Of a DNA stretch of 64,000 bases, positions 28,701 through 42,720 are shown piece by piece. Position 1 is the stretch's first letter, and every line of letters begins with the position of its first letter. The stretch spans positions 25,834,299 to 25,898,298 of the forward strand of contig NC_134025.1 in the NCBI RefSeq assembly GCF_964204645.1, given 5' to 3'. Under the pieces are notes generated by a model. It was not told the DNA's origin. It was given only the letters and a program-made list of their open reading frames with translations, and searched no databases. The DNA is from Tubulanus polymorphus. Taxonomy: Eukaryota > Animalia > Nemertea. A program made the position numbers and the translations under genes.

Positions 28701-31700
28701 TTATATGTTCAGCGTATAACTGAAAAGAATCGATTGACTGTCCCTTGATTACCGATTGAGAATCTTCCATATTTCAACTTGGTACTGATTCAACTCGACA
28801 TAAACGGCATGTATAAGTTGGCAGCTCTTTCCCTTCCTAATCCTTTGAAGTCTTAATTATAAACTAGTACCATATATCTGATACCTCTTGCCGTGGCTGT
28901 TGACTGCATGTAATTGCTGGAACCCTCGGATATTTCTTAAATCTTCCGTTCAGCTTCAGTTTAGTAGTATCAATGTTGTCGTCGCACGCTATTCGGTGTT
29001 TCATTTTGTTTTTCCGTTGTAGGAGCTATTGTTAGTCGTAGATGAATATGATTGTTTAAATAAAACTCACTTACTTGTTAACGCTGTGCAACATGAACTA
29101 GATGAGACGCATTCTGAATTACGTGACATCCAAAAAGACATGCAAGGCTGCTGCGATAAAGAAAGCTTTGTAAGGATAAGCATGTAGCATGTATCCTGCA
29201 CTGAAACAGCTTTCATAACGTGTTAACGCAATAGCACTAGCGTACATTCACATATAGCCTACGTTAGCATGTCATATAGAATTAAAACACATTTGTGATA
29301 TGATTAGATTAATTTTAAGTTGGAATATTAAATTTCATCGCACGAATTATGAATTTGGAATTCATTTAATATTATCGATAAAGAACTTAATTTAAAAGAT
29401 TAAAAAATGCATAAGGTTGTGAACGGTAGTTGTTAAAGCGTAGAACATTTTTCTGTGCATGTGTAATTAATTCTCTGCTCTGACTAGTAGTTAACATTTC
29501 TAATCCTCCAGGAAATGTCCGAAAAGTTCCAGCAATTATCCGCTCAGTTAACATCTCTGACCCAGTCCCATGACAAGGTGACAGATCTCCAGCATGATCT
29601 AGCTCAGGCCAAGTCTGAATTGGTTCGACTGCAATTAGAACTGGAAACAAAGACAATGCAAAGCGATGTAAGGCTCCTATCCTATTTATTTATGTATATT
29701 TTCTAGAAGTATACCCTCTCTACTGCTGACCCATTGATTTGTCTTGTTCGTGCTTAGTACTTTTTCACTTCTCGGTCCTCTGGATTGTGGGTTGAGGTTT
29801 GGATTTATGATAATATTTTAATGTCGATTCCCTGCTACTACCCCGATACTAAAAAGCACTTTGTGTACTAACTTTGTATACTATCATTGTTTGCCCATAT
29901 CCCCAACAAACCATAGTTATCGTCATATTGGAACTTGATACGAAAAAGAGCCACTATTTATTTATGATGTAGGAATTGAACCAGAAGTATTTATATCTAC
30001 ATGAAGAGCTCGCCTCGACAAAGTCGGAACGCGCTTCATTCGAGGTTGTCGAAGAGCTGGAACAAATGAAACGAAGCCTCGTCAAGGCTCAAGTTGAAGC
30101 GAAGAGAAAAAGCCATGAATTAAGAGTGAGACATAGGTGTCATACGCATGTTTTATGTTCCATCCACATGGCTTCAGTTTAAGTTTCTGTTCTCAACAGC
30201 TGCTTATGATCAAACAGAGCTTTTTCTGTACATAACGATTTTGATTTTGATTTTAGGTCTCTTATTTAGTTATTTTTACGATTACGAAATGGTTGAAAAT
30301 TTGGCTGTTCACATCGATATTGAATTGTTGTTGTAGTTAGATGCAAGATAATTTTGTTGACATATTTTCAGCAATAATTTTTCTAATATAGTTTCAGTTT
30401 TTGTGTCTAAAATTCTCGCTATTTTATATTTTAGGTCAATATTCGATGTTTGATAGTTTCAATATAAGCTTGTCTTAGTTCTTTTTTCACAGATACTTGT
30501 TTTTACTGTTGGCCTATTGGATAACAACTGTAGTCTAGCCTAGATATTCATTTGTTGGCATTCTTCTTACAGGACATAACGGACCAATTCCAGAAACTTT
30601 CATCTGAACTCGATTCGTTGAGAACTAATGAGTTGAAAAGTTCGGAGTTGCTGAATAAAACCAAAGCCGAACTCGATGACGTTGAAAAACAGCTCGCTGT
30701 TAAGAATGAAGAGAATACTGTAAGAGTATTGAATGCTAACTGTACTTGCCGTAAAGCATGATATAATATTACCTTACTTCATAACAATTTTCTATTCCAA
30801 TGATTTTGATAAGCATTAGGATTAGGTCTATTTATGTATGAAAAGTATTAAGTCCTTACTACATTTGGTTCAGAATGAATTTCGGCTTATATTCCTTGTA
30901 GGAATTGTTAGGCAAATTCCAAGGTTTAACAGTTGACATTGGAACAATGAAAGAGCGAGAAAGTGAAGCTTTTAATGAGTTGAATCGTATAAATACTCAA
31001 TTAGAAATGTCTCAGCAACAAATCTCAGCATCGTCCCTGGAAAAATCTGTAAGCAAGGAAAACTGCTACTATGAAGAATTAATCATACGCCTAAAGTGTA
31101 TATACAAGCGGTTATATAAGTACCGCATGAATCTGCACATAGCTTTGAAAGAAAATGGTTTTATTTTAGGAGTTAGATGCAAAATATGAAAAGCTTTTAT
31201 CTGAATACAATTCCGTTAAATCAACGAGTGCCGTTGATAATGACAGCGAGCAAAAGATCGCTCAGTTTGAAGAGAAAATTTCCCAATTAGAACAAGTTAT
31301 AGCATCGAAAAGTGAAGAAAATGAAGTAAGATTAATTTGGCCGAATTATGATTCGTAGATTTTTCTACAAACGCTGTTCAATATTGTTGTGTATTTGGCA
31401 GTGTCTAATTATGAATGTTTCTGATAACTAGGAATTGAAAGAGAAACATAAAAAATTGATGGATGAGTTGAATGTAATAAATTCAAAGGAAATCGATGTG
31501 AATGAGATTGAATTGAAGTATCAACAAGCACAAACTGAGTTGGCTTGTGTGAAAGAGACCATTCAAGCGAAATCTCTTGAAAATGAAGTAAGCTTCAATA
31601 TTCAGACAATGATATGAACGTGATTGGATCGAATTTGATTGAAAATGAAAATATTATGTTGAACTGACTGGTTTGATTCCCAGAGCAAATTGAAACTGAC

Positions 31701-34700
31701 TGTGAACAATGTGTTATTTTTAGGAATTAAGCACAAAATATCAGAATTTGTCCACAGAATTATATACAGTCAAGTCTGACAGCGAAAATAGGGAAGCTGA
31801 ACTAAAGCTTCAACTGCAAGAGTCCCGAGATAAACTCGATAATCAGAGTGAAATAATCTTATCTAAAACCTCTGAAAATGAAGTAAGCCGCTTCTTGAAA
31901 AGAGCTTGCTGAATTGCGGACTTGCTTATAAAGCCAGTGTTTGCTTGAAATAATTTCTCACAGTTTGATTATTAGGATGTATTCGTCAATTATAAATTGA
32001 AGACAAGTTATGATTTCGGATAAGCTTGCATGATATCCTGCTGTGAAAAATACCCTATAGCTTTTACTAACAGAATGTATATATTTGTGAAAAGTGAATT
32101 TTTGTGCAGACAGAACAATTCTCTGTAGAATAATTTGCATCTTTCTGTCCGCTTATTTAAGTACCGCCATCAATTCAATTTTAGGAGTTTCATGGCCGTT
32201 TTAACAAATTGAGCGCGGAACTCGAACTATTGCTCAAAGCTCAGACAGTGTCTAGTACGAGCGATAACGACAGGGCCGTGAATCGGTTACGCGATGAATT
32301 ATCAGTAACCACTGCTGAAGTGAAAGATCTTCGTTCGCAGTTAATCGCGGTTAAATCTCAACTCGAAGCTGCTGTAAGACGCTCTATATATAGACACACA
32401 TAAATATGTCATCTATCATTAATCACGGGGTTGAACTCAATGATTATTTGGATGATGGAATTCTTCTTTAAGGCGATAGTAATTCAATTGAAAAATTGAT
32501 GGGGTCTTCGCAAACTGTGCTTTATTGATTTACTGTATGCATGATGATTGCTCTGTCTCTTCGTTTCAAATTGTCATTAATATAATTCAGTTATTTCAGC
32601 AATCAATTTATTCCGTAATGAAACCCGCTTTATCTGGATCGTACCGATGTAAAAATTCTGTTACCGTAGATCTAAAGATTCTTGAAAGAACAAGTAGACT
32701 GTGAATGTCCTGATTAGATCAATACAGTTGACCGGGCTTAAACCATCATTGCGTATATCGTAGAAACATTTATATTGTATTCCGTATTTCATTAGGTTGA
32801 AATAGATATCAGTTTAGCTATTACACATCTGATACTGTACTTATATCGTGTGGACATTGCCAGTCCTGGTCATATGATATAAGCGTAGTCTATTGTATTC
32901 GACATGATTCAGATGAAGTGTGTTTGATTATTTTTGATACCGGTAACCCTCTATCCATAAAGCCCAAGAGCCCACTTAATCCGTATCATTTTTTACCAGT
33001 TAATGAATATTGTTCTGGATTAAACATTTTCAATAATTTCTTCGATTAAGTGGGTTTGATGTTCAATAACCTTGTTAGTTTGTATTTTCATATTCCAATT
33101 GATTGCATGTGATTTTCAGATAATCATGATTTTACTAATCGCATTGTATTGCTTTTGCATGCTCTGATCAAGATGAATTCAATTTGTACTTAGTGATTTA
33201 TACTAATGTTAATTTTTCTGAAGCCACTGAATTCAGGGTCAGTAATTTGGAAAAAGGAATTTGATTCTGATATCAGGCTCATAGAAAAATTCTGAGCATG
33301 ATCGTTCCTAACTTAATATATTCTCTCTGGAATGATGGTAGAGAAGTTAAGTGTTCATGGAAAGTATTTCTGTCTAGAACAAAACTCACTCGGCTCTTCT
33401 ACCTATTTCGAAATTCATGATCTTGATTCGAGAATTATCTGTAATAGCGCTGCGTGGTCCTGTGAATGTCATCAGCTGCCTGTATTTTATAGATAATTAT
33501 TGGGTTAAAAGACTATGTATGTCTATATGTTATGAAGTTAACTTGAAATTTTACAGGAGCTGAAAGATAAAAATACGAATTTGGCTCGACAACTGAACAG
33601 CGCTAATGAAAACGTACAACAACAGGTCGAAGATGCGCTGAGAGGAGAAAGAGTAAGTATGATCCAGTCAAATTTCAATCTAATTTCTATATTTCTTTAT
33701 GTGGGTTTTACTATCACATTCAAACGCTGTCCATCAGTAACATGTCCAGTCTAGAGCATCACTTTGCTCGGTAAATATGTTGATTCCTTGGTCTTCTCAC
33801 ACTCTCTCTTACTGTAGATGCAATCATTATTTTTTTTTCTTGTTTAATGAGAATTAACGCACTCTCACTTCTTTCTCTTTACTAGAATATAACAGTAAGT
33901 ATATGTATATATATATATATATATATAAACCGACCTTGGTGAACTGAACAAAGCGTATTTTTGCAAATATTCATATGGATTTAGTTACTTAATAGAAGCC
34001 ACTTAAGTTACTGTTCTTTTAATTGTTTCGATTCTTGTGTAAATCAATATTGTGGCGAGTTGTATATTGAATAGGAATTCATTTGTCGATTAGAAATTAA
34101 TTACTCGGCATCGATAAATTTGCCGCTCCTTAAAGAAATGCTGCCGATTCGATAACTAAAGTGTACTTGTATGAATATTTCAACTTCAATCTCTCTTCGC
34201 AGCTTAAACGAGGTCAAATAGTAGTGAAGGTACAGGCTCATTATAAACCTGTGTTAGGCTTCATTAATTCATATCTGGCTTATATAACGCGGCTGCTTAC
34301 TACGTATTCATACATCATATTTTCATTCGTAGAATTTCCGCTTATCGTTCGTCGACTGTCCAGTTTTTAAGTGAATAACCTATACATTGTGCGTTGCTAT
34401 TTTAACGAAGAATGTAAATTTTGAATATGATGACCCGGGTTAATTCAGTGAGATTAGCAAAAAGTTGATAACTTTGAAAAGTCTTAGACATGCATGAGTG
34501 CTGACTGCTTCAGTATAATACACCTTCATACATATGTTATATCATCAAATATATTATCAATCATGCGGCTAAATATTTTTGTCAAGTCATCGTCCTGCCG
34601 AACACACCGTGGTATAAACATCTGCTTCAGAACGCAGTTTTACTATAATCTCGTTTTATACTTGCTTTCTATGGTGTCAGCTGTTTCTATTGAATTCATG

Positions 34701-37700
34701 CTTTAACCCTTTATACCGCGCGGTTACACGAACACGCTTTCATGACATGCTGTCCGTTTGCCGATACTATGGATCTTTGAATTAAGTCCTTGGTCTATAT
34801 ATTAGTAGTGCTGGCAAAATATAAGATCTTATTCTAATTGGTCTTTAAGTATCTTACATATAATACAGTTCAATTGTAATGAAAGTTATGAAGAAATGAT
34901 AGCCCATTCCATAGCACTGGGCTAATTGTGATATGAAACGTTTGATGGTATTTTTTTCTGATATTACAGGAGACTTCGTCGAGCACTCGAGCTGATGACA
35001 GCAAAAAGATTCGCCATAAACTACAAAAAATATTTCCTTCAATATCAACAGATTTACAACAAGATGATGTAAGACCTCTTCGATTTGAGTTATGCTCTGC
35101 CTTTCTCAGTTTACGAGACAATATATGTCACATCGCGTTCATCTTTATTTAGGAGGACGAATGGTGGGAAGAATTTGAGACCAAAGCACAAGAACATATC
35201 AACCAATATGCTCGAAGACAAGTCAGTACTTCCACATATATATAATACTGAATATTTTTGTACAGAATTTTAACGAAACATTATTTTCTTTTTGTTCAGA
35301 GCGTACAGTTAGAACAGGAATTAACACAGTCTCAAGATGCCCAGGGTAAACTGATATCTCAAGTACAACACTATAAATCAGTACTTTCTGATACAGTAAG
35401 TATATAATGTCCATTTTCCAAAGAACGATGAATATCTGCTTAGATTTAACTGATCTTCTCATAATTTTTCAGGAGTCAATGTTGAATAAATTACAATCCA
35501 GTGTAGAATCAGAAGAGCAAAAATGGCAGAGTAAATTAACAGGCACGGAGAGTGAATTAACTAAGGTAGTTTCAAAGAATGCTTGCTCATTGAAATGCAT
35601 AACACATGTGATTTTGGAAGTGACATTTTGATTTGTTCTTTTTATTCAGACAAGGGAACAATTTGAAAAACTTACAAATGAACTTAGAAAAGCCAGGGGT
35701 GGAGGAGAAGAGGTAGGTGATCATTATGAATTCTTATAGTCCATTATTATTATGATTTTGTGATTGTTGTGATTTTGCTGTTTTTAAACAATCATGACCA
35801 TCAATTGTCGGTACAAATATTCTTTTTGTTAATCTCTATAATGGAGAATAGAAAGCTTAATGAATTTCGTTTATTTAAAGCTGTCTTACAGATATTTTAA
35901 TTCGCAATGATAGTCTGTGCATTTAGCTAGTTTGATTTTTTGCCAATTCAATTCTTAATCTCACTATTTTCTAAGAAGCTGCTTTGTTTGCCTTTGCTTT
36001 TTGCAATCATTCTGTTGATTGATTGATTCGCTCAGGATTTGAATGATTTGGATTTCGCGTATCGCTGCGTTGAAAAAAGTCTAACGCATATTGTTGATGA
36101 GGTAATGAACTCATATTCACAAATTTATGGATCACGGGAACTAAAGAATTATCGTTGTTTTCATGCTTTCACTAGAACCTGCTTCGGTTTATAAGAATTC
36201 CTGCAAATCCATTTGTAGTCCCAACTTTGTTGTATGTAGTGTCATAGTGTCTTTTCTTCGGATTACTACTTCCCATTTTCGCTTATTGTATATTTGAAAT
36301 ATGAGAATTTTTATGAAGTCTTTGTTATAATAGGCCCTATTCCAATATGGTGATACCTCCTTTATATTTCCAAACCAATATCTCATACAGCTATGAACAA
36401 TGGCATTTTAGACTTTTTGAAGACATATTTTACGTTTTTTTCACATCCTGAATATTTTATGTTTAGAGTCTTTCGCAATGCATGATTTGTTCAAACAAGT
36501 TTTGAATAATGTTAATATCTCCTCTTCAGATATTTTTTATTTTCTTGACTTTGACATAATTCGATCTTATCTTTCGTTTTTGAATTTACAGATGGAGGTG
36601 AAAGTTCAGACTCTTGAAACTGATTTGGCCACCGCTGAAAAAGAGAAAGAATCGTTACAAGTAGAATTACATGAGGTATATGGCAACAAATTAAGGATTC
36701 TAGGACAATTGCCCCCCCCCCCCCCCGAATAAAATCCCTTTTGACTTGGATTAACACCACCTAAATACTTTACTTAGAAATTCATTTGTATATCATTGAA
36801 TATAGATTTATAAGATATAGAATTACTGATTTTGTGTGCAGATCAAAAACCTTAAATCAGTCCTTGTGTAATTTTTATTCACTTACCAAATTAAAGGAAA
36901 CTTAGTAAGTTCACTTATTAGTGCATTAGTTAACGTTGGCTAATTTATTGGAATTAGTTTTAGTGTTACTTCTGCCAATCAAAAATTTTAAAGCAGTCCT
37001 AGAGTAAATAGCTAGAATTAGTTCACTTTGTCTAATTAATTTGAAGTAAATATCTGTGTTACTTTAAGATTAAAAAGATTTAATTTGGGGGGCAATTGTG
37101 CGGGGGGCAGTTGTCCGGGGGGCAATTGTCCTGATACCCAAATTAAGTGATTGAAATTCATGAACTGTCAGAATTTCGTTCTAATAGCATTGAATTCAAC
37201 TTCGTCTTTTTAGTCGCAAGAAATTTTATCCTCCGTCAAGTTGGAATTAGAAAAATTAAAAGAAAGTCTTGCTAGTCAAGAAATTACGAAGAAGGTAAGC
37301 GCTGAAGTTTAGCCATATATTTGGAAGGTTTACTATATAATATACTTGTATACGTATGATGTTGCGGTGCTTTGTGATAGAATGTCCGACAAATGTGCTT
37401 GTGGAGTGGGTTGCAATTATAAAGGTTACGTTGTTATTAGTTGTAGGGTGTTATGTTCCTGTCTTGACATCTATAAATAATCCTTGTTTTTTTTTAAACG
37501 AGTATTAATTCGCCCACAGATTATATTTAGATCACGTTCTTATTTCATATTCTGTGAAATACTAAATTCAGATCGGTATATTTGATATACTCTCTTAGTT
37601 ACAACTAACTCAGTCTTGCTCTCTTATCTGTTCATACATTATCATGTCATATCTGCCTTTCAGCGGGACACAATACGGGCAGAAAGGGTAAGGGTGGATG

Positions 37701-40700
37701 GCTGTTCAGTCAAATGGGATTTTGTTTGTTGTTTTATTTCTAGTTTAACTTTCGTTCTGCTGATGATGTTTCATCTCAGTAGTAGAGAAAGTCTGCTTGC
37801 GTTGGCTTTTCCATTTGTGCTACTTTTTGCGGAATTAAAACGTTGCCTTTGAGGCATCATTAACTGACTCCCAATTATTAACATACTGTAAATTCCCCAG
37901 TGAAATCGTTGCTATTTTCTTGTGTGTTAACAAAAGATAAACATGATTATTATACCTCTGTCCAAAAATGTATAGAAGAAATAACATAAAAACTTAAAAT
38001 TTGTCTTGCATGAGTCTTTAGAGACCTAGTCTGAATTATATTCTAGCACCTCCATTGTTTTAAAGCATTGTAGCCGCACAAGCATGATACAGAATACATA
38101 AACGAAGAATGATAAAAAGGATAGATGTCATATAAGATTCCGTGAAAAGATAGAAAAAATGATTATAGTAAATCTGTAGGCCTATAGAATAATTTAGGAA
38201 CAGATATCACTATTGATATGTTCTGGTTATGAGAAAACACTCTTTGAATATGCATATAAAATTTTATATCTGAGAAGTTTATTGTGTAAATAGACAGGAA
38301 ATAGGTGTTGTTTATGATAGATGTTTGTGGCACTTTCATTTCATCTTCTGAAATATCAGATCATAGATAAATATATACCAGTTTATATATATTTTTTATA
38401 TTATGTGTATATCGAGAAAAATACATATGCTATTGTGAAGGATAATTGCTAATCTGGATATTGGGTGTTTAATCAGTGTGTCTTCTAAATCTAATATATC
38501 GACCATCTGTTTTATCATGACCTTGTATCTGTTCATCTAAAGAAATTCATTGTGAAATAAATCCTCTTGTAACTTATGTTTTATTACATTCTTGTTTCTT
38601 ACAGAAATTAGGAGAGTTAACAGCTGAGTTGGAAAAGGAGAAAAAGGAGAAAGCCGATCTCGCTAGTCAAACTTCTAAATTAAACTCCATTGTAACTACT
38701 GGGCAAGATGCCCTAAAAGCTGAACAGGAGAATGTCAAGCAATTACAAGCTCAACTAGATGAAAAATTGAAGGTAAAAATAGAATCATCTCGTGCTATAA
38801 AAGGAATGCGCATTTCTAATATATCTTCATACAATGTATGATCATGTTCTAAACGCATGATAGCATTTTATCAGTGCATCGTGCCACATTATCAAATTAT
38901 TGAATATCTATTGAACTTCCATTGATGAAACATTGCGTCGTACGGTGTAACAAAAATGTACATTCAGTGTTTAACCCTAGTAGTTACTGCTTCGCCATCA
39001 TTTCGCACTTATTGATTATGTATATAGACTACTCTAATTTTGCCTTGTTGGAAATGAAAATAAACATTAACTTCCGTTTGAATGATGTCGCTTCGTCAAA
39101 TACGCTTCAAATTAACTTTTATCTGAATATTTTATTTAGATAGCTTACGATTAATACATTTCTGTGTGTTTAGGTGTCTATTAACGCTTATTGATAATGT
39201 AGATATGTATGTAGATGTTAAAATATCGTTTGTAATCTTTACCAGTCGGAAAAAAAGCCTGAAAAGAAACGAGATTCGCTTCCAAAACTCAGTCTATTTC
39301 GGTCAAAAGCTAAAGACAAAGATAAAGATGAAAAGGTTTAGTATTATCTAATGTTATTTAAAAATAAACCCAGATTTACATTTAAGACATTAGTTACCTT
39401 GGACGTGGGGTTTATGTTGTAATCGAGGTATAATTCTGGTAATCGGTTTTGATTTTAACATAGTTTGTTTGGCTTTGTTTGGTGTTTCCTTTGATAATAT
39501 GATAAACTCCGGATACGATGTTTGATATATAGCGTGGTTTGAATCTATAACTGGATTTCTAGAGCATGCTGATTTATCTAATATATCTAGTGCTAATCAT
39601 CTTTGAAACCAATCAATGAATCAATCATTCATTCATTTATTCATATTCATATGTCTAGTGAGAAACTTCCTCCTTGAATACCTTAATCATCAAATCATCA
39701 AATCATTTCAACCTCTTGGCTACCTTCACTGACCCATGATTTGCTCAGCCCTGTATCTACTGGTCGGTACAATATACAATAGCAGGGAATAGTCTGCCTC
39801 CCTCTAATTTTGGTTCTCAGCTGTGTAGGCAGTATCGGTAACATGTAGTTACTACCTGTAGGGTGCAGGGTTGGCATTAGGCTATGGTAGTCAGGGGAAT
39901 TATTTGGATCTATTTGTCTATTAGTAATGAACTGTAGAGAAAATGAATGAGATCTGATTGGTCGAAATTTCTCTCATTATCATCACCAAAACGGTGAATG
40001 ACGGCTGAGTTGATCAACACATTATTGCTTCTATCATACGATGCAATATTCTCTCATGATTTTCTCTCTAGGACATACAAAAGTTTGCGAATCTGTCTGA
40101 TTGGGAAATTGTCGACCCTTCATCAACTTCAGGTGCAGGGGATCAGGTAGTAGAATATTGGAAACGTAACCAAATTTGACAGTTATTACCTATTATACTA
40201 ACGTTGTTTTTTCGTGATTGTTCCTAACTTCATTTTGATTAACATCACCAATGAAACATGGTTTTATACTCGAGATCTAGAACATAGGACCTTGTTCATT
40301 GAGTTGAACTGGTTCTACCAGTACTTCTCAAAATCTTTTCTGCATATTTCTGTAAACAATAGTTGTTCATGAGAAAATATAAGCATGCATGCCTATTCAT
40401 TTCAACTGCTTGGAATCATTAGTTTCATGGACATTATTCATTGTTATTCTTTGCTTCCTTTCCTTCAACCTGAAATATTTAGTTAAAAAAGAAAGTTTTT
40501 TTTTTGTTAGCCAACAGAGTTGTAGTTACGTTTTATTTCATATCAAGCTTGATTTTAGCATTAGAAACTGTTAACAAAGAAAAACATTATTGTTGTTTTG
40601 TCATCTCGATGATTGTAGATTATTATTAGATAAGCAACCTACTGTATGTCACACATACTCTCCATTCGATTTTTCGATCTGTTATTTCGTTGATTATCAG

Positions 40701-42720
40701 TAGATTTGTCTATGTTATGCATCAGTGTGTTCAAGGATTTTGCATCGAGAAATAAGCTATGAATTTGCATAAACTTGTTTATATTTTCATCTATCAGTGC
40801 TTGTTTACCTAAAATATGCTCACGTGATGTTGAAAAATGGCTGCCATGACAGAAATGTTGAACATGCCGACTGTGTTTTGTTATGCAAATGAATAGGGGA
40901 TGATGTCACAGTCATATCTCTGAGCGTCTGAGCATAAACAATTGCTGATAAGTGATGACAAAAACAAGTTCATGAAAAATCATTCAAAAGTCTTTTTGAA
41001 CTAATTGATGCATAAATATCAACTGATTAGGAGAGGTGTCACAAACAGTACCCGTAGATATGTTTTGGAGGATTTTTAATCGTCTAATAAAGTCAATCGG
41101 TGATTTTCAGAATGGAGTGTCCTCTGATTCCCAAGCAAAAGAAATACAAGAGGTAAGGAAGGAATTTCAAAAACTAGTAAAGCTGATGATAGGCTACTTT
41201 CATTGGCATTTCTTTAAATGATTTCTAAATATTTTTCATTTCAGTTACGGAATAAATTAGCTGAACAGGAAAAGCAATTAGAAAAAGAAATTGCTAATAA
41301 TAAACATTTATCACAAAAACTGGTAAGTAAAATATGTGAATTCTATTAGAAAATTTTAAATTCCTGATTTTGCATTTTCCCCCGTCAAAGCATATAAACC
41401 ATTTTATTAATTTCTGATCAATTATTTACTCATAAAGCCTTGCTAATATTCCTCCTTTGTTTCTTGGTTTCATAAAGAGAATGCTGGTAAACCATAAATT
41501 GTCATGATGCATGTGTGATTTATTTGTTTTCCCGATTTTAAAGTGTATTTTTGTCATTTTGTCACCGCAGTTTCGTAAATTGGCGTCGTAGGGTAATGAG
41601 ATTTTTGATAAGTTAAACAGGAAATGTACTGAATGAATTTACTGGGAGAACAGGCTCATTAAGTCCTTGAACTGTCTGAAACTGCAATAGACCTCCTCTA
41701 TCTTACATATCTTCTTATAACCCTGATAGAATCTTGGCTTTGAAAGAAAAAATAGAATGAAAAGTTCAGTAGATTTTCTGTTTGTAAATGTGGAATCAAA
41801 GTCTCGTATGAACAGTATTTAGTACAGTTTGTCTACCTTTATTTATTTATTTGCCTGTGTGGTGTCGTGTGGTTCCTGAATTGATTATTCTACAAACATA
41901 AATTTGCGCGCATAGATTTTTGAATTTTGATTTTCAATCAAACTGGTTGCTGATTAGACAAAATCTATCATCAATCTGCTGATTCTAAATCTTAAGTATT
42001 TAATGATATACTTTATTATATTGCCTATGTATACATAGAATGAAAGGACTTCGACAGGTACTTATATCCTGGCTAAAATATCATAGTTCAATTTTCCGCC
42101 TTGAGTTTTCACGCAGTTTTTGGCATTATACGGTGATGTTTCCTTTGGTCTGCGCAGCCATGTTACCTGTTCTGGGACAACATTTTTGGGGTGTATTGTA
42201 AATTTAGTATTACTGCCATCTAGATATATTATGTTATTATTATGGGAGTAGTTGTTGTGTATGTGTATATGCATTTATTGAGAATGAGCCAGGCTGAAGT
42301 TTTGGTTGAGGATTATTATTATCAGTGAATACGTACTATTTAGAGCAGTGATAATGGTTGATTTAAATTTCAAGGAAAAACCTTTTCATTTTATACTAAT
42401 TATGTCGTAAGAAAACGAATATTACTTTTATTTGCACATTTTAAAGTTTTGTACAGGTGACAGATCATGAAATTTACAGATGTTTCCCTGAATTTGTCAT
42501 AATTCGTACCAAAGAATGGTATAATTTCGTTCACTGCATGCCAAATCGTCAAGTTTTTTTAGGGATTAGGTTGCAATGCTCGCTGAATGTTGATAATATT
42601 TCTTATCGAAATTAAATGAGTTCTGTTCTGCATGATTCGATAATATTTCTTCTTTGTATTGTTGTTTTCCAGGCTGTTTCTGCCGGCGCCCAAAAAGATG
42701 ATAGCGGTACTTCAGTGTAG
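22746..42720 (+). CDS. RRBP1: Ribosome-binding protein 1 (p180) / kinectin-family ER coiled-coil protein, multi-exon and probably alternatively spliced
   Basis: N-terminal TM MDTQSLAIGGAVFVISAVVIYLISVCGMRERTYEEVMAEQR, Lys-rich region, DPVYILKKQLEDKEK, LREKNWKAMDAL and a long coiled coil. The last exon (42673-42720) ends ...SGTSV*, like vertebrate RRBP1. Confidence 0.88.
27051..33652 (+). repeat. Array of 12 similar phase-0 exons, mostly ~50 codons, inside RRBP1
   Basis: 27051-27206, 27712-27867, 29023-29169, 29512-29667, 29973-30125, 30573-30719, 30902-31048, 31170-31325, 31432-31587, 31724-31882, 32185-32373, 33557-33652. All are AG/GT bounded, multiples of 3 and stop-free. Confidence 0.85.
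36695..37139. mobile_element. Non-autonomous TIR element (MITE) in an RRBP1 intron
   Basis: aggacaattgcccccc (36702-36717) is inverted to ggggggcaattgtcct (37117-37132). Three tandem 15-bp ggggggcaattgtcc-like units at 37087-37131; AT-rich interior. Confidence 0.65.

Noticed and set aside
27051-33652. CRISPR-like or other prokaryotic repeat array
   Set aside because: The periodicity comes from spliceosomal exons in a eukaryotic gene; there are no identical nucleotide repeats or cas genes.
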